DNA of 64,000 nt from Candidatus Nomurabacteria bacterium (GCA_020632135.1 JACKGC010000001.1:517124-581123), one strand, 5' to 3'; positions 36,920 through 46,743 are shown, numbered from the stretch's first letter. A program made the numbers and translations. Notes: generated by a model from the sequence alone, not told the origin.

Positions 36920-38008
36920 TTACAATACTCTGTCCAGGAAAGACACATTATCTAATATCAGCGATTCCTTAACAACCTCTTCAAACTTCTCGGTCGGACT
37001 CAGATGTTCCAGAAGACCATACCAAAGTTCTTGCTGTAAGTGATACATGGTATTGGAATCAGGATAGATATTATTCATGTTCCAAAGCACATCAATCAAA
37101 TTCAACGATACGAGCTTGTCTTGTTCTCTAGCAGCAGAACGGAAATGGGTGCTTGTTATCTCCTCATCCAAATCAACATAACCAGTTAAGTGTTCAACGG
37201 CTTTTTGCCAGTAGAGAGTCTCGTCATGTGCATTACCGTCAGTTAAGAAGGGAAGCATTGGTTCACGGCTGCGGATGATGTTCTTTACTAACTGACCAGT
37301 CTTTAAGTGTGGGCGATTCTGGATGAATGATGAAAAATGGTGCACTTCAAAAAGATAGTGCAAGAAGACCGAAAACATCAAAAAGTGAGGATTTGGTACA
37401 TTTGGAGAGAAGTTTTCAAAAAGGATGATGATTCCTGTTTCCTTACAGTGGCTGACGCCCCACGGTTTCAAGACCTGGCCGCTATGTTTTGTAAGTTTTG
37501 CAAATCCAACAGCATCGATATTGACACATTTTGGGAGCCGCATTTCGTAGTCGTTGAGGGTGGTTTCCGCCAAAATCTCGTGATAACGACTCTGCCATTC
37601 TTTGTTTTCCGAAAAACGCGTTAACGAAAGCTTTTCACGAGGGGAAAGAGTTCGTAATTGCGGGTATGAAGCTAGGAATTGAATAAGCGCATCAGGTGGA
37701 TGGTTGGCAAGGATCTCTCTGATCTTTCGATCCGATAAGAAAGGGGTCGTGGTAACTTCATCAATTTCCTCAATAATCGAGTTTAAAGAAGCGAGTTTGT
37801 TTTCATTTGGAAGTAATGCAAAATGTTTCTCTAGTTTTTCTTCACCTTCTACGACTGCTAATTGAATTTTATTGAATTGGGAGAGGGAATGGTGCACTGG
37901 TTGTTCCGTCATGAATTGGGCAACCCGCGCGCGCTGTGTCCTTAGTTGAGGCACCAGATCGTCAATGCGCCCCCCGAATAATACTTGCTCAAATAAATGT
38001 CCCTTCAT
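36920..38008 (-). CDS. Hypothetical protein (all-alpha by composition), no family recognised
   Basis: 362 codons, apparently co-oriented in an operon with the CysK-like gene. Three E-x(0-1)-H motifs (FEVHH, AVEHL, LLEHL). Confidence 0.5.
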   Translation of the reverse strand: MKGHLFEQVLFGGRIDDLVPQLRTQRARVAQFMTEQPVHHSLSQFNKIQLAVVEGEEKLEKHFALLPNENKLASLNSIIEEIDEVTTTPFLSDRKIREILANHPPDALIQFLASYPQLRTLSPREKLSLTRFSENKEWQSRYHEILAETTLNDYEMRLPKCVNIDAVGFAKLTKHSGQVLKPWGVSHCKETGIIILFENFSPNVPNPHFLMFSVFLHYLFEVHHFSSFIQNRPHLKTGQLVKNIIRSREPMLPFLTDGNAHDETLYWQKAVEHLTGYVDLDEEITSTHFRSAAREQDKLVSLNLIDVLWNMNNIYPDSNTMYHLQQELWYGLLEHLSPTEKFEEVVKESLILDNVSFLDRVL

Positions 38009-38137
38009 TAGATAGTTTGGAAGATTGTTACAAAACGCCTGTCTATTTCGTTAAACATACTATAAAAGCTTTGAAAGTAAAATATTTTATAATTAGCATT
38101 TTACTCCTAAGAGATGAGATTGTATGATAATTAAACT

Positions 38138-39214
38138 ATGATTAAAGTTTATTATGAACTAATTGATGGTCTACGCATTGTTCCTCTGGTGTATGCCAAC
38201 CATGCTGGTGCCGGCGAAAATTTCAAAGACCTTCCATATCGAAAAAAAGCTTTAGATCAGATAAGAGAACGATTTGTCCAGAAGGTAGAGAATCCAGAGG
38301 AAGCTGACTATCTTTTGATTCCTCACCACAGTAGTCATGCGCGTAGACATCCTGAATATATTAAAAAACTAAACCACTTGGCTAACACTTTAGATAAAAA
38401 AATATTGGTGTTCGCATTTCAAGACGATGCAAAGCCTATTGATTGGCCTGAAGCGATTATCTTCAGAGTTTCTGCCTACAAATCTGAGATGCTTGAGAAT
38501 GAATTTGTGTTGCCGTATATCGTAGAAGACTTCTCGCAAGAGTATGCCTTTTCTCCAAAGGAGCTCCCGGAGGTGCCATCAGTTGGATTTGTCGGCTATG
38601 CTGGGTTTGATTCTGTTTATCAGGCAGTGCGTTCAGGCACGAGGGAGCTATTACTCCAGGTTCATTCCTGGGCCACGCGATGGCGGCCTCTGGGAGTAAA
38701 ACGTAAAGGACTGTACTTGCGTAAAGAAATGATGAGACTACTGGAGCAGAATGATCAAATTCAGGCTAATTTTGTCATTCGAGACCGGTACTCTGGCCAC
38801 GCTGGGGATTTAAGTGAAGAGGATGTTAAAAGGGTTCGAGAAGAATACGTACAAAATATTCTAGAGTCAGATATTACCCTCTCTCCCCGCGGCGAGGGTA
38901 ATGGATCACAGAGGTTTTATGAAGTACTCAGCCTTGGCCGAATCCCTCTTCTTATTGATACTGATAATGAACTACCTTTTGAGGATAGGATTCCCTATGA
39001 GAGGTTTGTTATTCGTGTGCCGTATCAAAAAAGAAAAGAAGTAAGCACTTACATTGAGAACTTTTTTACAGGCATGACAGAGGAAGAATACAAAAAAAGG
39101 CAAGAAGAAGCATTGTTTTACTTCAAAAAATACTTAAGTCTAAACGGTTACTACACCTACCTATTCAGTGAGGGTCACATTAGAGAATTAGAAAAATCTA
39201 AAAAAGCGAAGTAG
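38138..39214 (+). CDS. Exostosin-family (GT47-like) glycosyltransferase
   Basis: SPRGEGNGSQRFYEVLSLGRIPLLIDTDNELPFEDRIPYERFVIRV resembles the exostosin C-terminal motif. Confidence 0.55.
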   Translation: MIKVYYELIDGLRIVPLVYANHAGAGENFKDLPYRKKALDQIRERFVQKVENPEEADYLLIPHHSSHARRHPEYIKKLNHLANTLDKKILVFAFQDDAKPIDWPEAIIFRVSAYKSEMLENEFVLPYIVEDFSQEYAFSPKELPEVPSVGFVGYAGFDSVYQAVRSGTRELLLQVHSWATRWRPLGVKRKGLYLRKEMMRLLEQNDQIQANFVIRDRYSGHAGDLSEEDVKRVREEYVQNILESDITLSPRGEGNGSQRFYEVLSLGRIPLLIDTDNELPFEDRIPYERFVIRVPYQKRKEVSTYIENFFTGMTEEEYKKRQEEALFYFKKYLSLNGYYTYLFSEGHIRELEKSKKAK

Positions 39215-39225
39215 TCAGAAGAGGA

Positions 39226-40467
39226 CTAGTTTTTAAATAACAGACAGTAGCTCAGAATTGCTTTCGAATATTGGGTCAATACTCTTGAAAGCACGGCGCC
39301 CAATAATCCGAAAAAATAGGTTAAAGCTATAAGGGAGAGTATCTGTATGATACTTGTTACTATATCGAACTGATAAAGAGACCGTTCAGCTTTCTGGGCC
39401 ATGAGCGCCCCCATCGGTATATGGAACACAGAAGCAGGAAAGGCTAGGGCAAGAAGCTGTGCATAGGGAATAGCCTCAGGGTATTTGGGGAATAGTACTT
39501 CGTACAGTAATGGGACAAAATATAAGAACAGCAAAGTTGCTGTGAGTAGGATTGCAAGGAATTGAAATGAGCGCACAGGAATTGATTGTCGTAGGGTTTC
39601 CAGTGATTCGTGTCTTGAGTATTTAGGCAATAGCAATGTTTGCAAGTTTTTAAAGCTGCTTTTAATTTGGTTTGGAATTAAGGTTGCGATTGAGAATAGC
39701 GCCAGTTCAGCTGCGCCTAAATACTGGAAAATCACAATTGAATCTAACCCGTTAGCGATCTTTGAGAGTACTGTTCTGAGTGAAGTATGTTTAGCGTAGC
39801 GAATATGAGAAACCCATACTTTCGCAGGAATCACAGTGGTGTCTGCCTTTGTTGGCTTTAGTAGGAAGTATGAAAGAACAGAAACAAGAGCTTGCGCTAA
39901 AAAGTAGACAAATAGCAAGACCAACAGGTCTTTTGTTACATATAACGCCGCTAAACTTGCACCTGATACGGCAATTGATTTGATGGTGTGGAGATTTGAA
40001 ACAGTTCTAAACTGTGCCAGTCCAGTCTGATAAGAGCTAATATTTGAAAATAAATTGGTTGCAGGATGCAAGATCGCTATCATCACACACCCTATTGCGA
40101 GAGTAGCGTTCCCGTTGAGGTAGTAGTATCCAGCAAGGGTCAGAGAAGTTAAGAAAATTCCAAAACTGTACTTAATGGTGATGGGTAGGCTGGATAGTAA
40201 AAAATTTTGATACCCTTTTGCAGTAGCTTGCAGGATCGCTTGTGGTAGGCCGGTGAGTGAAAAGGCTGTCAATATAGCTGATAGTCCAATAATATATTTA
40301 TATGTCCCATAGATATTTTCAGACAAGTAATGTGCAAAAAATACTGCGGTTATGAGTGAAGCAGCAATTGTCGATGCTTGTGCGATGAGTAACCAGAAAC
40401 CGCCAGAGAGGAAGTATCTTCCGTCTGTACGCAGTCCTTTTGAAATTAAGCGAATAATTGGATCCAT
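39226..40467 (-). CDS. Polysaccharide flippase (Wzx/MOP superfamily)
   Basis: 413 codons. About 12 predicted TM helices, with the typical N-terminal basic segment followed by FWLLIAQA. Confidence 0.65.
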   Translation of the reverse strand: MDPIIRLISKGLRTDGRYFLSGGFWLLIAQASTIAASLITAVFFAHYLSENIYGTYKYIIGLSAILTAFSLTGLPQAILQATAKGYQNFLLSSLPITIKYSFGIFLTSLTLAGYYYLNGNATLAIGCVMIAILHPATNLFSNISSYQTGLAQFRTVSNLHTIKSIAVSGASLAALYVTKDLLVLLFVYFLAQALVSVLSYFLLKPTKADTTVIPAKVWVSHIRYAKHTSLRTVLSKIANGLDSIVIFQYLGAAELALFSIATLIPNQIKSSFKNLQTLLLPKYSRHESLETLRQSIPVRSFQFLAILLTATLLFLYFVPLLYEVLFPKYPEAIPYAQLLALAFPASVFHIPMGALMAQKAERSLYQFDIVTSIIQILSLIALTYFFGLLGAVLSRVLTQYSKAILSYCLLFKN

Positions 40468-40568
40468 CGTATAAAATGACGATTCATTATACCTCGTACA
40501 ACAAAACCTTTATTTAATTAGTTTTGTTATACTGTGTGCGCTTCTTATGTGTTCACCATCCGAGATCC

Positions 40569-42206
40569 ATGTACTCTGTCAAGTCAACGGTTAATTTTCG
40601 TCGCCTCAATTTGCGCGACAGACAACTTTTCGATTTGGAACTATTGCTCGTGGGCGCCTTTGCGCCGCTCCATGGCTTTATGAACCAGAGTGATTATGAG
40701 TCAGTTCTTTTGAATATGCGTCTTGAGAACGGTGCACTATCTCCAATACCGATAGTGCTCGATATTTCAAATGATACTGACTTTGAAGTGGGTGAGAAAA
40801 TTGTCCTCTGTGATCCATATGGTAATCCGATAGCGGTGATGGAAATTGAGAGTCGTTATCAGCCAGATAAACGGCAAGAGGCAATAAGCGTGTATGGTAC
40901 AGAGGACACAGCTCATCCAGGAGTAAGATATCTGTTGGATCAGATGTACGGTACGTACTTAGGAGGGACAGTCCACAAGCTCCAACTCGAAGCACGGCAC
41001 GACTTTAAGCAGCTTCGGTATACACCAGAAGAATTAAAAGAGGTCTTTAAAGAAAGGGGTTGGGAAAAAATCGTAGCGTTTCAAACACGTAACCCGATGC
41101 ATCGGGTACATTTTGAGCTGGTTAAACGTGCACACGAAATAACAGGAGCACCGGTCTTGGTGCACCCGGTGGTTGGTATGACACGAGAAGGTGATATCGA
41201 CTATATTACCCGCGTGCGCACCTATCAGGTTGTGTGTGATTCCTATGGTAAGGATTTTACTTTTTTAGCGCTGCTTCCTCTCGCCATGCGCATGGCAGGT
41301 CCGCGTGAAGCGATCTGGCACATGCTCATCCGTAAGAATTATGGAGCAACACACTTCATTATTGGTAGAGATCATGCGGGTCCCGGAAGAAATAGTGACG
41401 GTAAACCATTTTACGGTCCATACGAAGCACGTGACATCGCAAAGCGATATGCCAATGAGGTGGGTATTGAGATAGTCCCTAGCGCTGAGCTTGTATACCT
41501 TAAAGGGCGGGGTGCGTATGCAAGTTTAGATGAGGTAGGAGAAAATGAAGAAACTGAGGGTATTTCTGGTACGGAATTTCGCCGACGTCTGTTTTCTGGC
41601 GAAGAGATCCCTGATTGGTTTTCATTCCCTGAGAGCATTGCGGAATTGCGTCGAGGGGTGCAAAAGCAGCAGAGGCGTGGCATCACGATTTTTTTAACCG
41701 GTCTTTCTGGTTCAGGCAAGTCAACTATTGCTAACATATTGGCTACGAAGTTACGAGAAGTGCAAGACAGGGAAGTGACACTGCTTGATGGTGATGTGAT
41801 TCGCACCCATCTAACCAGTGAATTAGGCTTTTCTAAAGCTCATCGTGATTTGAATGTTGCAAGGGTTGGTTATGTGGCAAGCGAAATTACTAAGCATGGG
41901 GGCATTGCTATTTGTGCCATGATTGCACCATATGCATCTGCTAGAGCAAGAGCGCGAGATTTGGTTGAACAGTATGGCGCATTTATTGAGGTGCATGTTT
42001 CTACTCCACTTGCTGTGTGTGAATCCAGAGATGTTAAAGGATTGTATAACAAGGCCCGTAAGGGACTTATCAAAGGCTTCACGGGTATTGATGATCCATA
42101 CGAGGCACCTTCAATGCCGGACATCTCCCTAAATACAGACCTACTCTCGGCAGAACAATGCGCTGAAAGTTTGTTGCGTGAAATCAATAATCGGTATACC
42201 TCTTGA
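40569..42206 (+). CDS. sat-cysC: Bifunctional sulfate adenylyltransferase / adenylylsulfate kinase (PAPS synthase)
   Basis: QTRNPMHRVH and IIGRDHAGPG (ATP sulfurylase). C-terminal IFLTGLSGSGKSTIA P-loop (APS kinase). Start taken at ATG 40569. Confidence 0.9.
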   Translation: MYSVKSTVNFRRLNLRDRQLFDLELLLVGAFAPLHGFMNQSDYESVLLNMRLENGALSPIPIVLDISNDTDFEVGEKIVLCDPYGNPIAVMEIESRYQPDKRQEAISVYGTEDTAHPGVRYLLDQMYGTYLGGTVHKLQLEARHDFKQLRYTPEELKEVFKERGWEKIVAFQTRNPMHRVHFELVKRAHEITGAPVLVHPVVGMTREGDIDYITRVRTYQVVCDSYGKDFTFLALLPLAMRMAGPREAIWHMLIRKNYGATHFIIGRDHAGPGRNSDGKPFYGPYEARDIAKRYANEVGIEIVPSAELVYLKGRGAYASLDEVGENEETEGISGTEFRRRLFSGEEIPDWFSFPESIAELRRGVQKQQRRGITIFLTGLSGSGKSTIANILATKLREVQDREVTLLDGDVIRTHLTSELGFSKAHRDLNVARVGYVASEITKHGGIAICAMIAPYASARARARDLVEQYGAFIEVHVSTPLAVCESRDVKGLYNKARKGLIKGFTGIDDPYEAPSMPDISLNTDLLSAEQCAESLLREINNRYTS

Positions 42207-42276
42207 TCAAGTTATCAACGTGTGGATAGCGTGGTTGTGGTGATTAAAGAGTTAACATGCTTAGTATTATTTATTA

Positions 42277-43377
42277 ATGATATTGAGCATGAATGTCAGG
42301 CAGTTTCTTTTATTGGGAGTTTTAGTCATAGGAAGCTTAACAGGACCGAACATTAGTAATGCGGCCACAGAAACGGTAAGAATTTACGGGGAGGTTGGAG
42401 ACGGCAGGTTGGGGACTGGCCCATACCCAGGTTCATGGGTTACGCAACACGCTGATACAACTGGACGGCTGGTCGAATATACGCAAGACGTTATTCATGT
42501 AAAATCTGGCGCATTTTACTCACCGACGGGTTACCTAACTATCGATAGAGGCTTCCTTGTCTTTGATACCTCAACCATCCCTCAAACTGCGCAGATTACA
42601 AATGTTAAACTTGGATTATTTGTTACCGATAAATTTGATCAGTTCAATGATCAGTATGGTTATGTGTCGGTCTTGCAAGGTTTCCAACAGTCTACAGATT
42701 TTTTGGTTGCAGATGATATTGAAACTTGTGGGGATGTTTTGGTAAACCCCTCCAAAGGCTCAAGCGATTTTGATATAACAGATTTGACGCTGGATCAATA
42801 CCAAGAATTTGTTCTTAACAACACTGGGGTGACCTGGATTATGAAAGGGGGGTACACCAAACTCTGTATCCGTGAAGGACATGATATCGAGAACGTTGCA
42901 ACTGAAAAGATAAGTTTAGATGGCGGTTCTTGGGCTACAAATTCGTGGGATAGATCTGGATTAGAATTTGCCAGCGCTGACGCTTCTAATCCTGACACTC
43001 GACCATATATTGAAGTCACATATGAAGTAGTAGAAACAGAGACAACTCGGTGCCCCCTCCACGCCCAAATCAAATCGCCGCATCCGTCTGAGGTAGGGAC
43101 GGCTGGTTGGGAAGGCGAGGTGCTGCCAGAAGAGTTCACACGAGACATGTTTGTTGCGTTGGTTGCAGAAGCAACTGCTGATGAGTCAAACGCGACACAG
43201 CGTTTCTTTTCGCGTCAAGCAAATCGCATCTTTGATGCGGTTGATGCAGGACGTGAGGGGATAGCACTGATTCGATTGCGGGTGTTTGAGGTGCTGCTTT
43301 CGGCCAAGCAGGTGTCGTGTGCGTCACTGAATCAGGTGATCGAAGAATTGCGGGAGAGCCTGCGGGAGGAGTTGTAG
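42277..43377 (+). CDS. Secreted hypothetical protein
   Basis: Signal or anchor sequence LLLGVLVIGSLTGPNISNA. No family recognised. TATTAT box 6 nt upstream. Confidence 0.5.
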   Translation: MILSMNVRQFLLLGVLVIGSLTGPNISNAATETVRIYGEVGDGRLGTGPYPGSWVTQHADTTGRLVEYTQDVIHVKSGAFYSPTGYLTIDRGFLVFDTSTIPQTAQITNVKLGLFVTDKFDQFNDQYGYVSVLQGFQQSTDFLVADDIETCGDVLVNPSKGSSDFDITDLTLDQYQEFVLNNTGVTWIMKGGYTKLCIREGHDIENVATEKISLDGGSWATNSWDRSGLEFASADASNPDTRPYIEVTYEVVETETTRCPLHAQIKSPHPSEVGTAGWEGEVLPEEFTRDMFVALVAEATADESNATQRFFSRQANRIFDAVDAGREGIALIRLRVFEVLLSAKQVSCASLNQVIEELRESLREEL

Positions 43378-43399
43378 GAGGAGGTGAAGAGGAGTGAAG

Positions 43400-43435
43400 A
43401 TCAGCGGGGCGCCCGAAGGGCGCCCCGCTGATTTT
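43400..43435 (+). terminator. Rho-independent terminator
   Basis: atcagcggggcgccc gaa gggcgccccgctgat (15-bp stem) followed by TTT. Confidence 0.8.
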
Positions 43436-43537
43436 GCGTCTTGTGTACTGGTAGAATCTCTGTTCCACCCTATACCTCCCATTCTTCCTGCCGTCTAGAG
43501 ATTCCCCTGGTGTTGGGCGTGGTATAGTTTCACCCAT

Positions 43538-45769
43538 ATGAAAGATGTTTTGAAATGGGTAGTATTTGCCGGCCTGTTCACGGTCCCGCTCCTCACCCTT
43601 TATGTCGAGAATGATTATTTTTTCCCTTTTATTACTGGTAAAAACTTTGGGTTTCGCATCATTGTAGATATTCTTTTTGCAGCTTGGATACTTCTGGCGC
43701 TGTATGAAGTAAAGTATCGCCCGCGCGTATCGGGAATTGTGTGGAGTTTTGGCGTCCTTCTCATCATCATGTTCCTCGCTAATGTGTTTGGTCTCCATCC
43801 GCAGTCGAGCTTCTGGAGCAACTTTGAGCGTATGGATGGATATGTTTCGCTCATCCACACCTTCATGTACATGCTTGTGTTGGGGAGTGTGTTGCAAACA
43901 AAACAGGAGTGGCAGCGTCTACTTAACACATCGCTCATCGTAGCGTTTGTGGTTGCGCTCTATGGTCTCGCTCAATATGGCGGCATGATCGAAGGAGGCA
44001 ATCGTATCGACAGCCGACTTGGGAATGCTGCCTACATGGCAGTCTACATGCTCTTCCATATTTTCGTGGCGTTTTGGCTCTTTGTGGAGACGCGTAATGT
44101 ACTACTGAAGCTGTTCTACGGCACCATGGCTGCCATTTTTACCTTTGTGCTCTTGGAGACTGGTACTCGAGGTACAGCTATCGGCTTGGTGGTCGGAGTG
44201 ATGGTGATGTCGGCGTATATTGGTCTGTTTGGGAAGCGGTTTGTGCAGTATCGCAAGTACGCGATCGGCGGCCTCATCTTGCTTGTACTAGCAGCGGGAG
44301 CATTCATCATGGGGCGGGACTCAGCGTTTGTGCAAAATAATTACAACCTCTCTCGTATTGCCAACATCTCGCTCCAAGACCTCGAGATCCGTGGCATCAT
44401 CTGGGGGATGGCGTGGGATGGCGTGATGGAACGACCGCTGCTCGGATATGGCCAAAGTAACTTCAACTACGTGTTTAACCAAAACTACGATCCACGTCTG
44501 TATGCGCAAGAGCAGTGGTTTGATCGTGCCCACAACATCTTCATGGACTGGCTTATTACTGGCGGTTTCCTTGGCCTGATTGCCTACCTGAGTATTTTTG
44601 GTTGGTGTGTGTGGTACCTCTTGGTGGGGCCACTCATTAAGCCTGAAGACGAAACGTTCAACGTGATGGAGCGTGGTGTCTTGTTGGGTATCCTGGCTGG
44701 CTACTTCACACATAATCTTGTGGTGTTTGATAACATCGTCAGCTACATCTTCTTCGCGATCATCTTGGGGCTTATTAATGCTCGTGTTGGTCTCATCCCG
44801 CCTGCGGTAGCAAACTATAAGGTTGATCGGGTCATCATTACCCAATTTGCGGCACCAGTCGTGGCGGTGCTCCTAGTGGTGGGTCTCTACGTGTTCCATG
44901 TACCAGGTATGCAAGCAGCGGGAGACATTATTGATGCGTTTCGTGAACCGGATCCAGCGTTGCGACTGAAGGCTTTTGAGCAGGCGGTAGCACGTGACTC
45001 GTTTGCGCAGCAAGAGGTCACTGAGCAACTAGCGCAGCAGACCATCAGTATGGTCCGTAACCAGCAGGTGCCAGAGGAAGTGCGTCGTGAGTACGCTGCG
45101 TTTACTGAAGAGCAGTTGGTGAGACTCGCAGAGGATAAGCCAGGAGATGCACGGATTGAGGTATTCATTGGTAGTTACTATCGTGCGATCGGACAATTAG
45201 ACAAAGCTGCCGAGCACATGGCCATAGCGAGAGAGAATTCACCAAAGAAGCAGGCGATCATTTTGCAGCAAGGCTTCATTGCTCTCTCGGAGGGTAAAAA
45301 TCAAGAAGCAGTCGATTTTTTCAAGGAAGCGTACGAGCTTGATACTCGCAACCTGGAGGCTCGTGAGTACTACGCGGCGTCACTCTTCTACGTCGATCAG
45401 CCTGAGGCTGCTGCCGCACTGCTTCATAGTGATAATGAATCAGTAACAGATGAGACGATCTTACAGCGCTTCGCCGCCAGTGATTTCTTGATCTCGTCAG
45501 CCAATCAGTTTGGCCAGTACGCTTTTGCTGCACAACTCTTTGAGCATCGCGTACGTCCAGAAACAGGTGGCAAGCAAGAGTGGATAGACAATGCGCAAAA
45601 CTGGGCGACACTTGCGTATCTCTACTACCAAAATGACGAAGCAGAGAAAGCCATTGCAGTTCTGCAGGAGGCGATGAGCAAGATCCCTAGTTTCGAGCCA
45701 ACAGCCACCTGTTTCATTGATAACCTGGAGAATGGACGTGATCCACAAGAGGGTTGTCAGTCACAGTAG
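43538..45769 (+). CDS. O-antigen ligase/polymerase-like (Wzy_C) membrane protein with C-terminal TPR repeats
   Basis: About 12 TM helices. LETGTRGTAIGLVVG loop motif. The C-terminal 230 or so residues contain TPR-like repeats (AIGQLDKAAEHM..., EGKNQEAVDFFKEAYELD...). Confidence 0.7.
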   Translation: MKDVLKWVVFAGLFTVPLLTLYVENDYFFPFITGKNFGFRIIVDILFAAWILLALYEVKYRPRVSGIVWSFGVLLIIMFLANVFGLHPQSSFWSNFERMDGYVSLIHTFMYMLVLGSVLQTKQEWQRLLNTSLIVAFVVALYGLAQYGGMIEGGNRIDSRLGNAAYMAVYMLFHIFVAFWLFVETRNVLLKLFYGTMAAIFTFVLLETGTRGTAIGLVVGVMVMSAYIGLFGKRFVQYRKYAIGGLILLVLAAGAFIMGRDSAFVQNNYNLSRIANISLQDLEIRGIIWGMAWDGVMERPLLGYGQSNFNYVFNQNYDPRLYAQEQWFDRAHNIFMDWLITGGFLGLIAYLSIFGWCVWYLLVGPLIKPEDETFNVMERGVLLGILAGYFTHNLVVFDNIVSYIFFAIILGLINARVGLIPPAVANYKVDRVIITQFAAPVVAVLLVVGLYVFHVPGMQAAGDIIDAFREPDPALRLKAFEQAVARDSFAQQEVTEQLAQQTISMVRNQQVPEEVRREYAAFTEEQLVRLAEDKPGDARIEVFIGSYYRAIGQLDKAAEHMAIARENSPKKQAIILQQGFIALSEGKNQEAVDFFKEAYELDTRNLEAREYYAASLFYVDQPEAAAALLHSDNESVTDETILQRFAASDFLISSANQFGQYAFAAQLFEHRVRPETGGKQEWIDNAQNWATLAYLYYQNDEAEKAIAVLQEAMSKIPSFEPTATCFIDNLENGRDPQEGCQSQ

Positions 45770-45771
45770 TC

Positions 45772-46739
45772 ATGTCACTGCAGATCAGGGAACATGTTCC
45801 ATTGGCAGCGTACACCACCTTACATGTAGGTGGTGTTGCTGATTATTTGGTGGAGGTGGGGAGCGTGGAGGAGTTACGGGCGGCGGGTCAAATGTACTTA
45901 TCGGAGATGCTGGCTACCGCGGACTCGTCATCATCAATCAGATCATGGGGCGTGCGTATTCAGAGCAAAGAGATGACGTTACGCTCACCTGTGGCGCGGG
46001 TGAGATACTTGATGCGGTGGTAGCTGATACAGTTGCACGAAACTACTGGGGCCTCGAGAACCTCAGTGCTATCCCAGGGACGGTCGGCGCCACCCCGATT
46101 CAGAATGTGGGTGCCTATGGGGTTGAAGTCTCGTCGCTGGTCACAGCGGTGCGTGCAGTACACGTTGATACGCTTGAAGAAAAAGTCTTCAGTACTGCTG
46201 CGTGTCAGTTCGGGTACCGAGACTCATTCTTTAAGACCAGTGAAGGGCGCGCGTGGGTTGTGGTTGAGGTAACTGTATTACTCAGTAAAGCACCAGCTCC
46301 ACAGCTCACCTACGGTGCGCTGGCGGAGCTACAGTCGCAAACAAACCTCTCATCGAGTCAGGTGCGGGAAAAGGTTGTATCGATCCGGGCAGGCAAATTT
46401 CCTGATTGGCATATCGTCGGAACGGCCGGTTCTTTTTTTAAGAATCCTATTATCTCGCGTGCACAGTATGAACAGCTGTGCGAGAAATATCCCGAGTTGC
46501 CAGGTTACCCAACGCCGGTTGGTGAGGTAAAGGTGTCTCTTGGGTGGATCCTTGATCATGTGTGTCATCTGCGTGGGTATTGTCAAGACGGTGTGTGCCT
46601 CTATGAGCAGCAAGCATTGGTGTTAGTTAATGTAGCGGCGAAGAACGCAAACGCGATTGATGTGTTTGCCGACCACATAGCGAATCGTGTCGCTGATAAG
46701 ACTGGTATCAGCATCGAACGTGAGGTGAGAAAGGTGTAA
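45772..46739 (+). pseudogene. murB: UDP-N-acetylenolpyruvoylglucosamine reductase MurB, reading frame disrupted near 45880-45890
   Basis: Frame 1 (from ATG 45772) gives SLQIREHVPLAAYTTLHVGGVADYLVEVGSVEELRAAG, then nonsense. Another frame (open from 45843) gives GGGSNVLIGDAGYRGLVIINQIMG and then the rest of a type I MurB (GLENLSAIPGTVGATPIQNVGAYGVE, FGYRDSFFK, GSFFKNP). Confidence 0.6.
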
Positions 46740-46743
46740 ATAG

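Noticed and set aside
43136-43897. 253-aa minus-strand ORF spanning the end of 42277-43377, a terminator and the start of the Wzy-like gene
   Set aside because: It crosses a strong plus-strand terminator and two well-supported plus-strand genes. Its sequence has no recognisable features.
45876-45890. Programmed ribosomal frameshift in murB
   Set aside because: There is no slippery heptamer (X XXY YYZ) or downstream stimulatory structure at the junction. Protein sequence also appears to be missing, which points to a deletion or sequence error instead.
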